This document shows, in pieces, positions 37,748 through 48,690 of a stretch of DNA of 64,000 bases. The DNA comes from Ascoidea asiatica JCM 7603. Lineage: Eukaryota > Fungi > Ascomycota. A model generated the notes under the pieces. The model did no database searches, was not told the DNA's origin, and saw only the letters and a list, made by a program, of their open reading frames with translations. The DNA lies in the NCBI GenBank assembly GCA_001600695.1, contig BCKQ01000008.1, forward strand, positions 338,569-402,568, given 5' to 3'. Made by a program: the position numbers and the translations under genes. How positions within the stretch are numbered: position 1 is the stretch's first letter; each line of letters starts with the position of its first letter.

Positions 37748-38665
37748 TTAAATTTTTGAGTCATCTTCCTCTTCAGTTTTAGGAGGAGGAGAAGGATTGT
37801 AATCTTCTTTCATTTTTGTCAAATTTTTATAAAGCCAACCAAATGCAGCTGGTAATTCAACATCACCTTGAAATGCAATATTAACTTTGACAGCAGTAGG
37901 TGATAAATCTGGTAATGAATTTAAAGAAGAATTAATTTCAGAAATTATATTATATTTTAAAAGTTTGAAATCAATTTCACCATTATTTTCATTTAATAAA
38001 TTTTTTAAAAATAATCTCATTTTTAAATCTAATCTTCTAACCAAAGAAATAAAAGGTTCCGATAATATACTTTTTCTTTCTTCTGGAATTTGATCAATTT
38101 CAAAATCACTGTTTTCAAATTTTCTAGTTTCAAGTGAAATTCTACTTAAAAAATAAATTAATTTTATAATATCATGAAACATATTAATAAGTGTTTTAAA
38201 ATTTTCTTCATTTAAGTATTCATTTGAGACTCTTGAAAATGTTTTTTTTAATAAATATTTTGGTAATTCATCGGTTTCAAAGATTTTAAACAGATGAGTA
38301 ATATGATTTAAAATATAAACATCTTCTTTATATCTAAGATTTACATTAGGCATATGGTAATCACTAAAATCTTTTCTAAGACCTTCTTTTTCAGTTTCAA
38401 CAAAATCTTTAAATTGATTAATAAGTTGACTTAATTCCTTATTTTGAATTAGATTATCATTAATTGTTTCACCATCATCATTTTCTTCATTAATAGTTTC
38501 AAAAAATGAATTATATAAAGAAAGAAATAATTTTCTGAAAAATTGAATTTCCAGTTCTTCTGAATTTAAATAAGTTGCTCTAACATTTAATTGGAAACGA
38601 GAATAATATTTTTCAAATTCTAAAATTTCTGAACCTTCTATGAATGATACTTCTTTAACAGGCAT
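37748..38665 (-). CDS. Hypothetical, probably all-helical protein (~305 aa from ATG at 38665)
   Basis: Long ORF with normal amino-acid complexity. The ORF-track start is a TTG; the first ATG is at 38665. Confidence 0.65.
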   Translation of the reverse strand: MPVKEVSFIEGSEILEFEKYYSRFQLNVRATYLNSEELEIQFFRKLFLSLYNSFFETINEENDDGETINDNLIQNKELSQLINQFKDFVETEKEGLRKDFSDYHMPNVNLRYKEDVYILNHITHLFKIFETDELPKYLLKKTFSRVSNEYLNEENFKTLINMFHDIIKLIYFLSRISLETRKFENSDFEIDQIPEERKSILSEPFISLVRRLDLKMRLFLKNLLNENNGEIDFKLLKYNIISEINSSLNSLPDLSPTAVKVNIAFQGDVELPAAFGWLYKNLTKMKEDYNPSPPPKTEEEDDSKI

Positions 38666-39189
38666 TATTAATATTAGTTTATTACTTAGTATTGATATGC
38701 TATGTATATATGATGTTTTGAAGAGAAGATACAATTTTATAAGTTTTCTTAGAAAAAAGTAACAGCTATTTAGCTATTTGAGATGATTTAAATAATTCGA
38801 GAATTGAATCAATCTTAAAGAAAAGGGCAAAATCGTTTCCTTAAATATTAATTTTTTCAATAGAGTTTTACTTTAAATCTCTAATGTATTTCATTTTATT
38901 TTAGAGAATAAGATTGCTTGAATTAAGTAGAATTATAATCCATTTTATATAAAATAAAATATTTTTAAAATTGCTTTATATTTATTTTGAATATCCATTA
39001 ATTGAGAGAGCATAACTCCAGCAACTTAACAGAAATAAGGAATATGATTGGTTTGATATTGATATTACTATTACTATTGCTTATAATAAAATGCCTATTG
39101 TTCTTATATGTCCATTGACTTAAATCTAAACCTTATTTAACCTTAATATCTGAAAATATTGTCATCCAACAGGAAAAAAGAAAAAAAAA

Positions 39190-39457
39190 AAGATGGTTAC
39201 GAACAGTTAATCCATTGAACTGGAATTTAACCAGCGAGATGCAACCCGGTAAGCCTCACCTACGTGTGGCGCACTGTGCTGAATTGCTTCCCTCCAGTGG
39301 TCCTGCCACTGTCTTGCAGTAACAAAGCCCCGGTCTGATTACTCGAGACCAGAAACTCTCCTCCCGCAGGGATCGAACCGGACATGCTCAGCTAAACACT
39401 CTTCCGAGCTCAAAGAACTGAAAACACTGCCATTTCCACCAAAATGCCATTACAGCG
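39190..39457 (-). ncRNA. SCR1: Signal recognition particle RNA (~270 nt, Pol III)
   Basis: The 5' end CGCTGTAATGGCATTTTGGTGG is the fungal minimal Alu/A-box motif. There is an internal B-box GGTTCGATCCC and a helix-8-type hairpin CACTG-GAGG-GAA-GCAA-TTC-AGCA-CAGTG. The 3' ACCATC can pair with the 5' GGTGG, and a long oligo-T terminator follows. Confidence 0.9.
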
Positions 39458-39934
39458 GAAAACATAAAATTGTAATCCTACATATATGTCAGCCTAATAA
39501 TGTTCGAGACCATATCTACGGATCTGTTTACTTTGTATATTCAGCTCTTCTTTTTTGGTCTGTGTAACAAGCAGATTAAATTAAAAGGTGCAAACTCCAA
39601 CGATTATAAAGAAGTTTTCAGTATAATGATGAGGAATATTTTGTTTTCTATTCAAGCTTTTGTGTTTTCAAGCAGCTGTTTGTTTGTTTGGGATTTTGGT
39701 TATGCTCGTTCTAAAGTTCTGGTTAAATGTTTATCTCTTTTTTTTGAAGTAAATGGTGAACTGATTACTTTCTATGAGTTCAGATAGGTGAGTGTATTCT
39801 TTTTAAATTGTTATGTTTGTTTCTATGAAAACTTTATGAGAAATAATAATCTAAAATCTCAAGTTGGATTATATAATTTATGTGATCATCAGATAATTAT
39901 AAGTTTCAAGGTAATTATATTGAATTTATTCAAA

Positions 39935-41272
39935 ATGGGGTTAATTTCAAATATGCAATATAATTCAATAATGAAATCAATGAAATTTTCAGGCTTATAT
40001 TTTTATTTATGTCTTTCATTAATCTCAATTTCAAATGTAAAAGCAGAAGCAGAAGCTTTTACTCTGGATTTAAGTCTTTCAAAGACAAAAGATTCAATAG
40101 AAAATACTTATATAAATATGTTGACAGATGCTGAATCATATTTAAAAAGAAAATTTAAAAATGACTTATCTATGAAAACTATAATAGATGTAAATTATAC
40201 ATTATATGATTTAGAACCAGTATTTGGAACAACGGTTAAAATAAATAATCAGTCAATGTTATTAGATTTATCTTTCAATCTTCCAACAACAATTATTATT
40301 CAAAAAAATTGTATTATTAGAAAGAATCTTACTGAAAATTGTGTTGGTTTTAATTCATCTTTAAGTGATACATTTAAATCAAATGGTACTGAATTTATGG
40401 ACTCTCTAACTTTACTACCTGGCACAATTGGAACTGATACATTTCACTTAGGTCCATTAACTATTCCGAATCAACAATTTCTTATACCTGATGCCTTATT
40501 TAAGGATACCAATGGAATTTTGTCTTTAGGACCTTATTCTAATGCACCTTCAAATGTTACTGATACTCATTTACAATCAATTATTGAAAATGCAAAACTT
40601 TCAAATGTAACAAATTCTTCAATATTTGGATTTTCTATTGAAAAAAAACTTAATGATTCATATTCAGGTGAATTATCTATTGGTGGTTTTGATGAAAAAA
40701 AAGTTAAAGATTCAGAAATAGCTTGGTTCAAAAGTGATTTATTTCATGGTTCTTGGTCTTTACCATTAACTGGAATTACAATTAATGATAATACTTATAA
40801 AGTTGGTAATGAAATTAAAAGCATTCAATCCATTTTTCTTCCAACTTTTGATTTAATTATATTACCTCCTCATCTTGTTGATATGATTGCTGTAAGTATT
40901 GGATTCACTGATATTTCTGATGATGATCTTTTTCCAATGAATTGTTCTGAAATTTATAGTTTACCAGATGTTTCAATTACTTTTGGTGATAAAAAAATTA
41001 TAATTCTTAAACCTGAAGATTATTTTCAAAAATTAGATTTATTTACATTTAAAACCAAATTAAATGATAATAATTTAAAAATTAATGAAAATAAAATTAA
41101 GTTCTTGAAAGAATTTGAAGAATATCCAGAAATTTGCTTACTTAAATTTTATGGTATTCCAGTTGAAGATGATAATAATCCTGGAAATTATTTAACAATT
41201 TTTGGTACTTCTTTAGCAAAAAATGTTTACACTATTTTTGATGTAGAAACAAATCAGATTGGATTAGCTTAA
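39935..41272 (+). CDS. Secreted pepsin-fold (Pep4-like) protein lacking both catalytic D(T/S)G motifs
   Basis: Pep4-like segments FNSSLSDTFKSNGTEF, GILSLG, GELSIGGFD, LPDVSITFG, LKPEDY and VYTIFDVETNQIGLA; signal peptide MKFSGLYFYLCLSLISISNVKA. The true start is one of the ATGs at 39935-39980. Confidence 0.8.
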   Translation: MGLISNMQYNSIMKSMKFSGLYFYLCLSLISISNVKAEAEAFTLDLSLSKTKDSIENTYINMLTDAESYLKRKFKNDLSMKTIIDVNYTLYDLEPVFGTTVKINNQSMLLDLSFNLPTTIIIQKNCIIRKNLTENCVGFNSSLSDTFKSNGTEFMDSLTLLPGTIGTDTFHLGPLTIPNQQFLIPDALFKDTNGILSLGPYSNAPSNVTDTHLQSIIENAKLSNVTNSSIFGFSIEKKLNDSYSGELSIGGFDEKKVKDSEIAWFKSDLFHGSWSLPLTGITINDNTYKVGNEIKSIQSIFLPTFDLIILPPHLVDMIAVSIGFTDISDDDLFPMNCSEIYSLPDVSITFGDKKIIILKPEDYFQKLDLFTFKTKLNDNNLKINENKIKFLKEFEEYPEICLLKFYGIPVEDDNNPGNYLTIFGTSLAKNVYTIFDVETNQIGLA

Positions 41273-41537
41273 TTATATTTTCCTGTTGTCTTTAATATAG
41301 ATATTTATAAATTCTAATCCAAAAAAAGGACTCAAACATAGAAACTCTTTATATATTTTATTTTTTTCTCATTTATTCTCATCTTTATAATATCAGTACC
41401 TTTATTTTAATATACAAAATTTAATATTTCAAACATTGAAATGGAATAGACCACTTCAGTGGATTTTAGAATACGAATGAAACCCATTTTTATTAATAAT
41501 TATTTAATATTTACAGAAGAAATTGAAGAAGAAGAAA

Positions 41538-41984
41538 TTAACCATAAAATTCATAATATTTTTTAGAATAATAAAGAGAAGTAGATAAACCAATAAATGT
41601 TAAAGTTAAAGGAACAGGTTTTGAGAATTTAACAGGAATACCTCTTGCAATGCCTGCAGCTAATAAACCTGTTGAACCAAGTAAAGCTAATTCTAAACCC
41701 CAATCTGCATTTTTTTTTAATAAATAACCTGCAGAAAAATAAATTCCAGAAAATGTTAAACCTGCAACAAGTGATGGAATTGAACCTTTTCTTCTATATC
41801 AAAGTAAAATTTGAATTGATAAAATAATTAAGTTAGAAATTTTATTATATTTAATATTTTATATTTGATATTTGATATTTGATAATTATTGAATTTTTAT
41901 GAATAAATAAATATTTACTTACGCATAACCCATAATACCACCAACGGCACATAAAGTACCAGCAGTTAAAGCAGGATGTTCCAT
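41538..41984 (-). CDS. TMEM14-family small membrane protein, 105 aa, spliced: exons 41984-41923 and 41793-41538
   Basis: MEHPALTAGTLCAVGGIMGYA|RKGSIPSLVAGLTFSGIYFSAGYLLKKNADWGLELAL...KPVPLTL...YYSKKYYEFYG*. Not in the ORF track. Confidence 0.9.
41794..41922 (-). other. Spliceosomal intron (129 nt) in the TMEM14 gene
   Basis: 5' GTAAGT at 41922, branch TTCTAAC at 41838-41832, TAG ending at 41794. Confidence 0.88.
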
Positions 41985-42278
41985 TTTAATAATTTATAGT
42001 ATTGAAAGAATATAAATTGGATATAATTGAGAATATAATTATATATATATATATGATTATATATATTTACTTATCGATAATTATATATTTAACAGAAATA
42101 TCAATTTGAATCAACTTTAATCGCTTACTAATTAATTGCCTTTATTCTTATTTTTATAAAAATCAGACGATATATTAATGTCACGTGCTGTTGTACCAAT
42201 AAAACTGGAAAAAAAAGAACCATTAAATTGGTCTTAAATTGGTCTTAAATTGGAATTAAATAAAATTTACTATTAAAT

Positions 42279-43574
42279 TTATAAATCTTTGACTAAATAA
42301 TCTCTTCCAAATGTGATTAATTTAACTTTTCCAATAAAATCATCTCTATTTAAATAAGCTCCACATAATCTTCTTTCACCAATAAATGAAGTTCTGGAAT
42401 GTAAACATCTCCAATTATCAAAAATTAAAACTTGACCAGGTTTCATTTGAAATTTTATAAAATTTTTATTATTATTAAAAATTTCATTAATTTTATAAAT
42501 TGAATTATAAAATAATTTATAAATTTCATTAATTGAATTTAAATTAAATTCCTTAATAATTTCATTTAAATAAAATTTCGAATAATTATTTAAATTTAAA
42601 TTTGATCTATCTGAATTATTCCATCTAATTTGAATAAAATTTTTATTAATTTCATTAATTTCTATAATTGTTTTAAAATAATTTGGTTGAATGAAATTTT
42701 CTAAATCTCCAACAGAATGAAATAAAATTTTAAATTTACATAAAAATTTAAAAAAAATTGGATATTTTGATTTAAATAATTCAATACAAAAAAATGAATC
42801 TGTTATTGTTGTTTCACCTCCAATTCCATTATGTTTTAATAAATGAAATAATTGTAAACCTGGACTTTCAGTGAAATAAGTTCCATCAGTATGTGAAGAT
42901 ATTGAAATATCAGTATATGCAGTATCATTAATTTTTAAATCTGAAGTAAAATCCCAAAATTTTCCATAATGAGTTTCTCTAATAAAAGAAAATTTATTAA
43001 TTAATTCTTCAGTTTTTATTGGAGATATTGGTACATTATTAACAAAACAAAATCCATATTTAAAAGTTTTTAAAATCCATGAATTAATTTCTTTTTTACT
43101 TTCATTTTCATTTTCATTAATGATTTTATTATAATCAACACTTGGTAAATCTTTTGAAATAATTTCTTTATTCCATAATATTCTTAAATCATTAAGTTTT
43201 AAATCAATATTTTCAAATTTATTATTATCATTAGAATCCAAATTATCATTTAATTCAATTGAATTTTTAATTAAATAATCATTTGAATAAATTGAAAAAT
43301 GATTATTAAATTCCCAATTAATTTCAATTTTCTTTTGATTTTGAATCTGTTTAATATTTTTAATTTTTATATCAATTGGAATTTCAAAAGTTTCTAATAA
43401 TCTTTGTTTTGTAATTGAATGATAACATTCTTTACAATGACAATTATCTCTTAACCAAATATTTAAATATTTTGAAGTGATACCATTATTCCAATTAATA
43501 TGTAAATGATTTTCTTTTACTTCTATTGAAGATATTTCAATTTCAATTTCCATTTCTTTCATTTTCAAAAACAA
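42279..43574 (-). CDS. Trimethyllysine dioxygenase (TauD/BBD family, carnitine biosynthesis)
   Basis: WLRDNCHC..C zinc motif, IRETHYGKFWDFT, DTAYT, HTDGTYF (HxD), DNWRCLHSR, RRLCGAY. Confidence 0.9.
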   Translation of the reverse strand: MFLKMKEMEIEIEISSIEVKENHLHINWNNGITSKYLNIWLRDNCHCKECYHSITKQRLLETFEIPIDIKIKNIKQIQNQKKIEINWEFNNHFSIYSNDYLIKNSIELNDNLDSNDNNKFENIDLKLNDLRILWNKEIISKDLPSVDYNKIINENENESKKEINSWILKTFKYGFCFVNNVPISPIKTEELINKFSFIRETHYGKFWDFTSDLKINDTAYTDISISSHTDGTYFTESPGLQLFHLLKHNGIGGETTITDSFFCIELFKSKYPIFFKFLCKFKILFHSVGDLENFIQPNYFKTIIEINEINKNFIQIRWNNSDRSNLNLNNYSKFYLNEIIKEFNLNSINEIYKLFYNSIYKINEIFNNNKNFIKFQMKPGQVLIFDNWRCLHSRTSFIGERRLCGAYLNRDDFIGKVKLITFGRDYLVKDL

Positions 43575-44157
43575 TAAATATTAAAGATAATTGCAGAGAA
43601 CAAGGAATATAAAATAAAGATCTTTATTTATTTATGCTGCTTTTAACTCGATTTTATCGGTCCAATTTTTTAACTCCACAATCCATGCACGTCGAAGTAG
43701 CGACTATGCAGGCACCGCCACAGAAGAATAGAACCCGTTGTTTTGGTACTCAGATATTTATATTTGGTATAACTTTACAGTAATTATAAAGATTGTAATT
43801 GTAAATGCGATTTGAATATTGATTGTAATTAGAATGAGTTCCTATGTAAAAAGTATATAATTTTATAGATCAGAGTTATAAAAAGAAAATAGTCAAATTG
43901 AAAAGTTTGTAGCTAACAATACTTGTAAGCAATGGAGTGGAAATTAAAATATTAGGAATAAATTGAATAATAAATGTTCATGAATGTGAAAATAGGGGTT
44001 GTTTAAAGAAGAATAAATTAAAAATTCAAAAATAAGTTTGTAGAAATATTGATAACTATTTCAATATTCATAATTGAAGAAAATAAAAAGCTAATCACTG
44101 AATGATTAACCTTTTTTTTTTTTTTTTTTTTTTTTTAAGAATGGGGAATCATTTACC

Positions 44158-47100
44158 TTAAGAAGTTTGAGATTCATTGATAATTTTGGCATCTTCTGGT
44201 TTTGGAGTAAAAATATTTGTTTCAGGTTCATGTCTTTCTTTTCTAGGTCCATTAAACCATTTCTTAACATCTAAAACTGATTTTAAAGACCAAACTTTGA
44301 CTCTCATAATATAATAACAAAATAACATTGCTACAAAATTGAAAATAATATATGCAAAAATAAATCCTAAATTTCTCCATCTATATGACCATTTTATATT
44401 ATATTCTTTAACAACATCATCTTGTTTAGTAAATTGACAATATTCACAATCTGATTTAGAATTTGAATTATTAAGATATCCTCCATTATTTGAAATATAT
44501 GTACTCATATATTCTCCACAAGTTTGATCACTTGGTGGATCAAAAATTAAATATTCATCTGAAGAACAATGAACTGGTCTATTATGAACTAAAGGTGTAA
44601 CAAATGATTGAACAAAATATGTATATGGTGATACTTTATATAAAAATGTCCAAAATCCAGGCATATATTGTTGTGGTTGTAAAATTCCACAAAATAATAA
44701 CATTCCTGCAAATAAATTAGAATTAATCATTGATGCTGAAGGTACATTTGGTGAAAAATATAATACCCATAAACCATAAGAACAATAATATATTGGAAAT
44801 AAAACAACAAAAATTAAGAAAAAATATCCAGTTGTTACATTCCAACCACTTTGTCTTGCTGGAAACCAAAAACAAATAAAACAAAGAAATTGACAAATAA
44901 AACACCAAAAAATTTCAACAGTTGTATGAGCTAATAATAAACATGACCAATGAAATGTATTTGATTTAGCTTCTCTAACTTCATATAATTCTCTTGTATC
45001 ATATGCAAAAACATGAATTTGATTAATCATTGCAAGTGAAATTAAAAGCATCATGAATATACTTGAAAATGCTTCTTGAGCTGCTGACATTGTATGATTT
45101 AATCCAACAAATGAAAATCCAACAAGTAATGCACAAAATAAAACTTCTGAAAATTTAGCTCTAATATAAATTGGTGATCTCCAAAATTGAATAAAAGTTC
45201 TTTGAAGAACAACATAAAATTGTTTATAATAACTTGCAGAAAATTTAGAAATTATAATTTCTTCTGAATTTGAAAATTTTTTTAATGGTAATTCTTTATG
45301 TAATTTTTCAATTTCTTTTGTTGATGCTTCAAATTCAGGTGATTGAATCCATAATTCATGCCAATCTGAATTTGCAGATGCTGTTGCTCCTGCTCCAATA
45401 CAATTTAAAATATATTCTGCTGGATTTTCAGATTCTCCACAAATTACACCACTTTGTCTTTCAAAATAATCTAAAAGTACAGAAGAATTTGGTCCAATAT
45501 CTCCAAAATAAACAGTTTTACCACCTTTTTTTAAAAGTAATAAACGATCAAAAACTTCAAAAAGAGTAGCTGATGGTTGATGAATTGTACATAAAATTGC
45601 TTGACCAGAATCTGCTAAAGCTCTTAAAAATTGAATAATAGACCAAGCAGATTGAGAATCTAAACCTGAAGTAGGTTCATCAAGAAAAAGTAATAATGAT
45701 GGTTTTGCAACTAATTCAACTGCAATTGAAAGTTTTTTTCTTTGTTCAACATTAAGACCTCTACCAGTTTTACCAACAACAGCTTCAGCATATTTTTCCA
45801 TACCTAATAAATTAATAATTTTTTCAACATATTCAAATTTTTCTTCTTGAGAAACTTCTTTTGGTTGACGTAATTCTGCTGCAAATCTTAAAGATTCTCT
45901 AACTGAATATTCAGATAAATGTAAATCTTGTTGTTGAACATAACCAGTTCTTCTTTCAAATGATGCATCAATTGGTTTACCATTTACTAACATATCACCA
46001 GTAATAATACCAAAATCAATTCTTTGTGCAAGAGTATTTAATAAAGTTGTTTTTCCAGCTCCAGATTCACCCATTAATGCAGTCATTGTTCCTGGTTTAA
46101 CATAACCTTGAATATTATTTAATAAAATTCTTGTTGAACCTTCATATGGAATTGTATACATAAGATTTTTCCATGAAAATACATCTTTTTCTTCAATAAC
46201 TTTTTTTAAATCAGCATTTGGACCATTAAGAGCTAACATCATTTCATCTCTTGAAGCAACTTTACCATCAACACCTTCAGAAGTATCTTTTGGTAAAAAA
46301 CCTCTTTTATATAATAACATATCACCACCACCAACAACACTTTTTAAATATTCAGATAAAATAACATTTAAAATAATAAAAAGAAAAGTCCAAGCAATAT
46401 TAATACCAAAATTTCTCCAAACATGAGAATAATGATAATGATATTTTGCAGTAATATAAGCATCACCAGAAACCCAATTTTGACCTTTAATAGAACCAGT
46501 AATTGCACAAATTTGATTTGAAACAGAAATATTTTCATAACCATTACCACTTGGAATTAATTGATCACAAGGCATTTTTCTACCATGAAATTCAACAGCC
46601 ATAAGTTGTTCATAAGCATATCTTAATGGATTTAACCAATTAATCCATTTAATCCAATGATGCATTTTTGGTAAAGTTATTATAAAACCAGTATAAACAC
46701 ATAAAATTAAAACACCTAAACCAGCTATAGCATGAGCAGTACCACCATCTTTAGTTGTAGTTGCAATAAATTTAAAAAAAAATGACATACATTGTTGAAC
46801 TAATAATAAAAATAATAAATATTGAAAAAATGAACCAGCTTCATGTTTTAAATGTGGCATCCAATAAGTTGTTAAACATAAAATTATTACTGCCATTAAT
46901 TTTATTGGAATTTCAGTTATAATTTCTTGTAAAGCTTCTGCAGATAAATGATACATTGAATAAGATCTTTGTTTAACAATAATACCTCTATGTTGAAAAG
47001 AATGAGAAATTTCAGCTAATGAAGTTACAGCACAAAATAATAAACAATAAAATAAAATTCCACCTCTTGAATAAGCACCAGAAGTACCTTTTGGAATTTT

Positions 47101-48690
47101 ATAATACATTGAACCAACAATTAAACCTTTAATTAAAAAAGAAGATAAATAAATACATTGATAAGTCATATTACCATTTGCTCTTTGAAAACCTCTTTGA
47201 ATTAAAGCAGAAAGTTGAGAAATATATGAAAGTACAAATTGAGAATTTTGTCTATTAAATTTTTGATTTCTTTGAGATTTTGAAATTGCTAATCTTTGTC
47301 TTGTTTCTTCAACAGGATGATTAATAATATAATTATCATATTCTTTTAAACAATTTTGATATTCAATTGAATTTAACCAATAATTTTCAAATTCTTCAGA
47401 AGTTTTAGGTACTTTATTTTCATAACCTAATTTTGGAGTTCTACCATTTGGATCAGTAATTGAAGTTAAAAATTCTGGAGTTGTCATTCTTGAAGGTTTA
47501 AACCAACCCATTTTTTCAAAATAATTTTTTGCATTAATTGTTGAACCAAAATAAATTTGTTTACCAAGATAAATTACAGTAACTTTATCAAATAATTGAT
47601 AAATATTTTCACCAGCTTGATAAATTGCAACTAAAGCAGAATTATTTAATAAATTTGTTGAAGCTCTTATAGCTTGAGAAAATTCTAAAGCAGTTGAAGC
47701 ATCAAGACCTCTTGTAGCATTATCCCAACAATAAATTGAACCATTACAAGCTAAAGCTTCAACAATTGAAACTCTTTTTCTTTCACCACCAGAAACACCT
47801 CTAACAAAATCATTACCAACATTAGTTGAATAAGTATGAGTTAAACCAAATACAGTACACCATAAATCTCTCATATTATTAATATAATCAATTCTTGAAA
47901 TTGAATCAATTCTTTTTGAAGGAGTTTTAGTTTTTAAAGCAAAATCTATAGTTTCTTTAACAGTTATTAAAGGAAAATGATTATCTAATTCAGGATTATA
48001 AATTATATAACCTTTATGATTTTTCATCATTTCAAATTGATTTAAACCATCATAAGAAAATTCACCATTAATTTTAATAAAATCATCAATTTCTCCAGAA
48101 CAAGTTTTTAATAAAGTTGAACAACCTGAACCTGGTCTACCAATTACAAAACACATTTCACCAGATTCTATAATTCCAATAAAATTAGAAATTATTTCAC
48201 GTTTTTTAATTTCTTTATTAAATTTTTTATTAAATTTAAAAAATTTTAATGGCCATTTAAAAAAATCTCTTAACATTTCTTCAACAGTTGGAGCATAAGC
48301 AGCAGAAATATCATTACCAATTACAGTTAAATTTTTAAAAGCAATACCAGCAGAATTTGATTGTATACCTTGTTCATTTGATTTTAAATTTAAATAATTT
48401 AATAATAATTTTAAATCAAATTCATCTTTATTAATTTCAAATTTATTCATTTCAAATTTTGTTTTTTTTGATAAAGTTCTTGCTAAAGATTGAATTTTAT
48501 TTAAATTATTTTGATTTGATAAAATATTTGATAAATGATTTGATAATAATTCATCATTATTTTGAGATTCAATATCATTTAATTGATTTTTATTATTATT
48601 ATTATTATTATTAAAAGTATTTGGATTAAAAGAAGTAATTTTTTCAGATTCTATTGAATCAGAATCTGAATTTATATTTTCTTTAACCAT
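44158..48690 (-). CDS. PDR12: PDR-family ABC transporter, weak-organic-acid exporter
   Basis: GRPGSGCST, VSGGERKRVSI, CWDNATRGLD, GESGAGKT, LNVEQRKKLSI; the C-terminal KKWFNGPRKERHE is characteristic of Pdr12. Confidence 0.92.
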   Translation of the reverse strand: MVKENINSDSDSIESEKITSFNPNTFNNNNNNNKNQLNDIESQNNDELLSNHLSNILSNQNNLNKIQSLARTLSKKTKFEMNKFEINKDEFDLKLLLNYLNLKSNEQGIQSNSAGIAFKNLTVIGNDISAAYAPTVEEMLRDFFKWPLKFFKFNKKFNKEIKKREIISNFIGIIESGEMCFVIGRPGSGCSTLLKTCSGEIDDFIKINGEFSYDGLNQFEMMKNHKGYIIYNPELDNHFPLITVKETIDFALKTKTPSKRIDSISRIDYINNMRDLWCTVFGLTHTYSTNVGNDFVRGVSGGERKRVSIVEALACNGSIYCWDNATRGLDASTALEFSQAIRASTNLLNNSALVAIYQAGENIYQLFDKVTVIYLGKQIYFGSTINAKNYFEKMGWFKPSRMTTPEFLTSITDPNGRTPKLGYENKVPKTSEEFENYWLNSIEYQNCLKEYDNYIINHPVEETRQRLAISKSQRNQKFNRQNSQFVLSYISQLSALIQRGFQRANGNMTYQCIYLSSFLIKGLIVGSMYYKIPKGTSGAYSRGGILFYCLLFCAVTSLAEISHSFQHRGIIVKQRSYSMYHLSAEALQEIITEIPIKLMAVIILCLTTYWMPHLKHEAGSFFQYLLFLLLVQQCMSFFFKFIATTTKDGGTAHAIAGLGVLILCVYTGFIITLPKMHHWIKWINWLNPLRYAYEQLMAVEFHGRKMPCDQLIPSGNGYENISVSNQICAITGSIKGQNWVSGDAYITAKYHYHYSHVWRNFGINIAWTFLFIILNVILSEYLKSVVGGGDMLLYKRGFLPKDTSEGVDGKVASRDEMMLALNGPNADLKKVIEEKDVFSWKNLMYTIPYEGSTRILLNNIQGYVKPGTMTALMGESGAGKTTLLNTLAQRIDFGIITGDMLVNGKPIDASFERRTGYVQQQDLHLSEYSVRESLRFAAELRQPKEVSQEEKFEYVEKIINLLGMEKYAEAVVGKTGRGLNVEQRKKLSIAVELVAKPSLLLFLDEPTSGLDSQSAWSIIQFLRALADSGQAILCTIHQPSATLFEVFDRLLLLKKGGKTVYFGDIGPNSSVLLDYFERQSGVICGESENPAEYILNCIGAGATASANSDWHELWIQSPEFEASTKEIEKLHKELPLKKFSNSEEIIISKFSASYYKQFYVVLQRTFIQFWRSPIYIRAKFSEVLFCALLVGFSFVGLNHTMSAAQEAFSSIFMMLLISLAMINQIHVFAYDTRELYEVREAKSNTFHWSCLLLAHTTVEIFWCFICQFLCFICFWFPARQSGWNVTTGYFFLIFVVLFPIYYCSYGLWVLYFSPNVPSASMINSNLFAGMLLFCGILQPQQYMPGFWTFLYKVSPYTYFVQSFVTPLVHNRPVHCSSDEYLIFDPPSDQTCGEYMSTYISNNGGYLNNSNSKSDCEYCQFTKQDDVVKEYNIKWSYRWRNLGFIFAYIIFNFVAMLFCYYIMRVKVWSLKSVLDVKKWFNGPRKERHEPETNIFTPKPEDAKIINESQTS

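Noticed and set aside
39361-39385. GGTTCGATCCC as a tRNA T-arm or tRNA relic
   Set aside because: The T-stem does not pair; it is explained as the internal B-box of the SRP RNA.
39500-39934. 95-aa ORF and the GTG-started N-terminal extension of the protease-like ORF
   Set aside because: No motif; the signal peptide begins only after the ATGs at 39935-39980.
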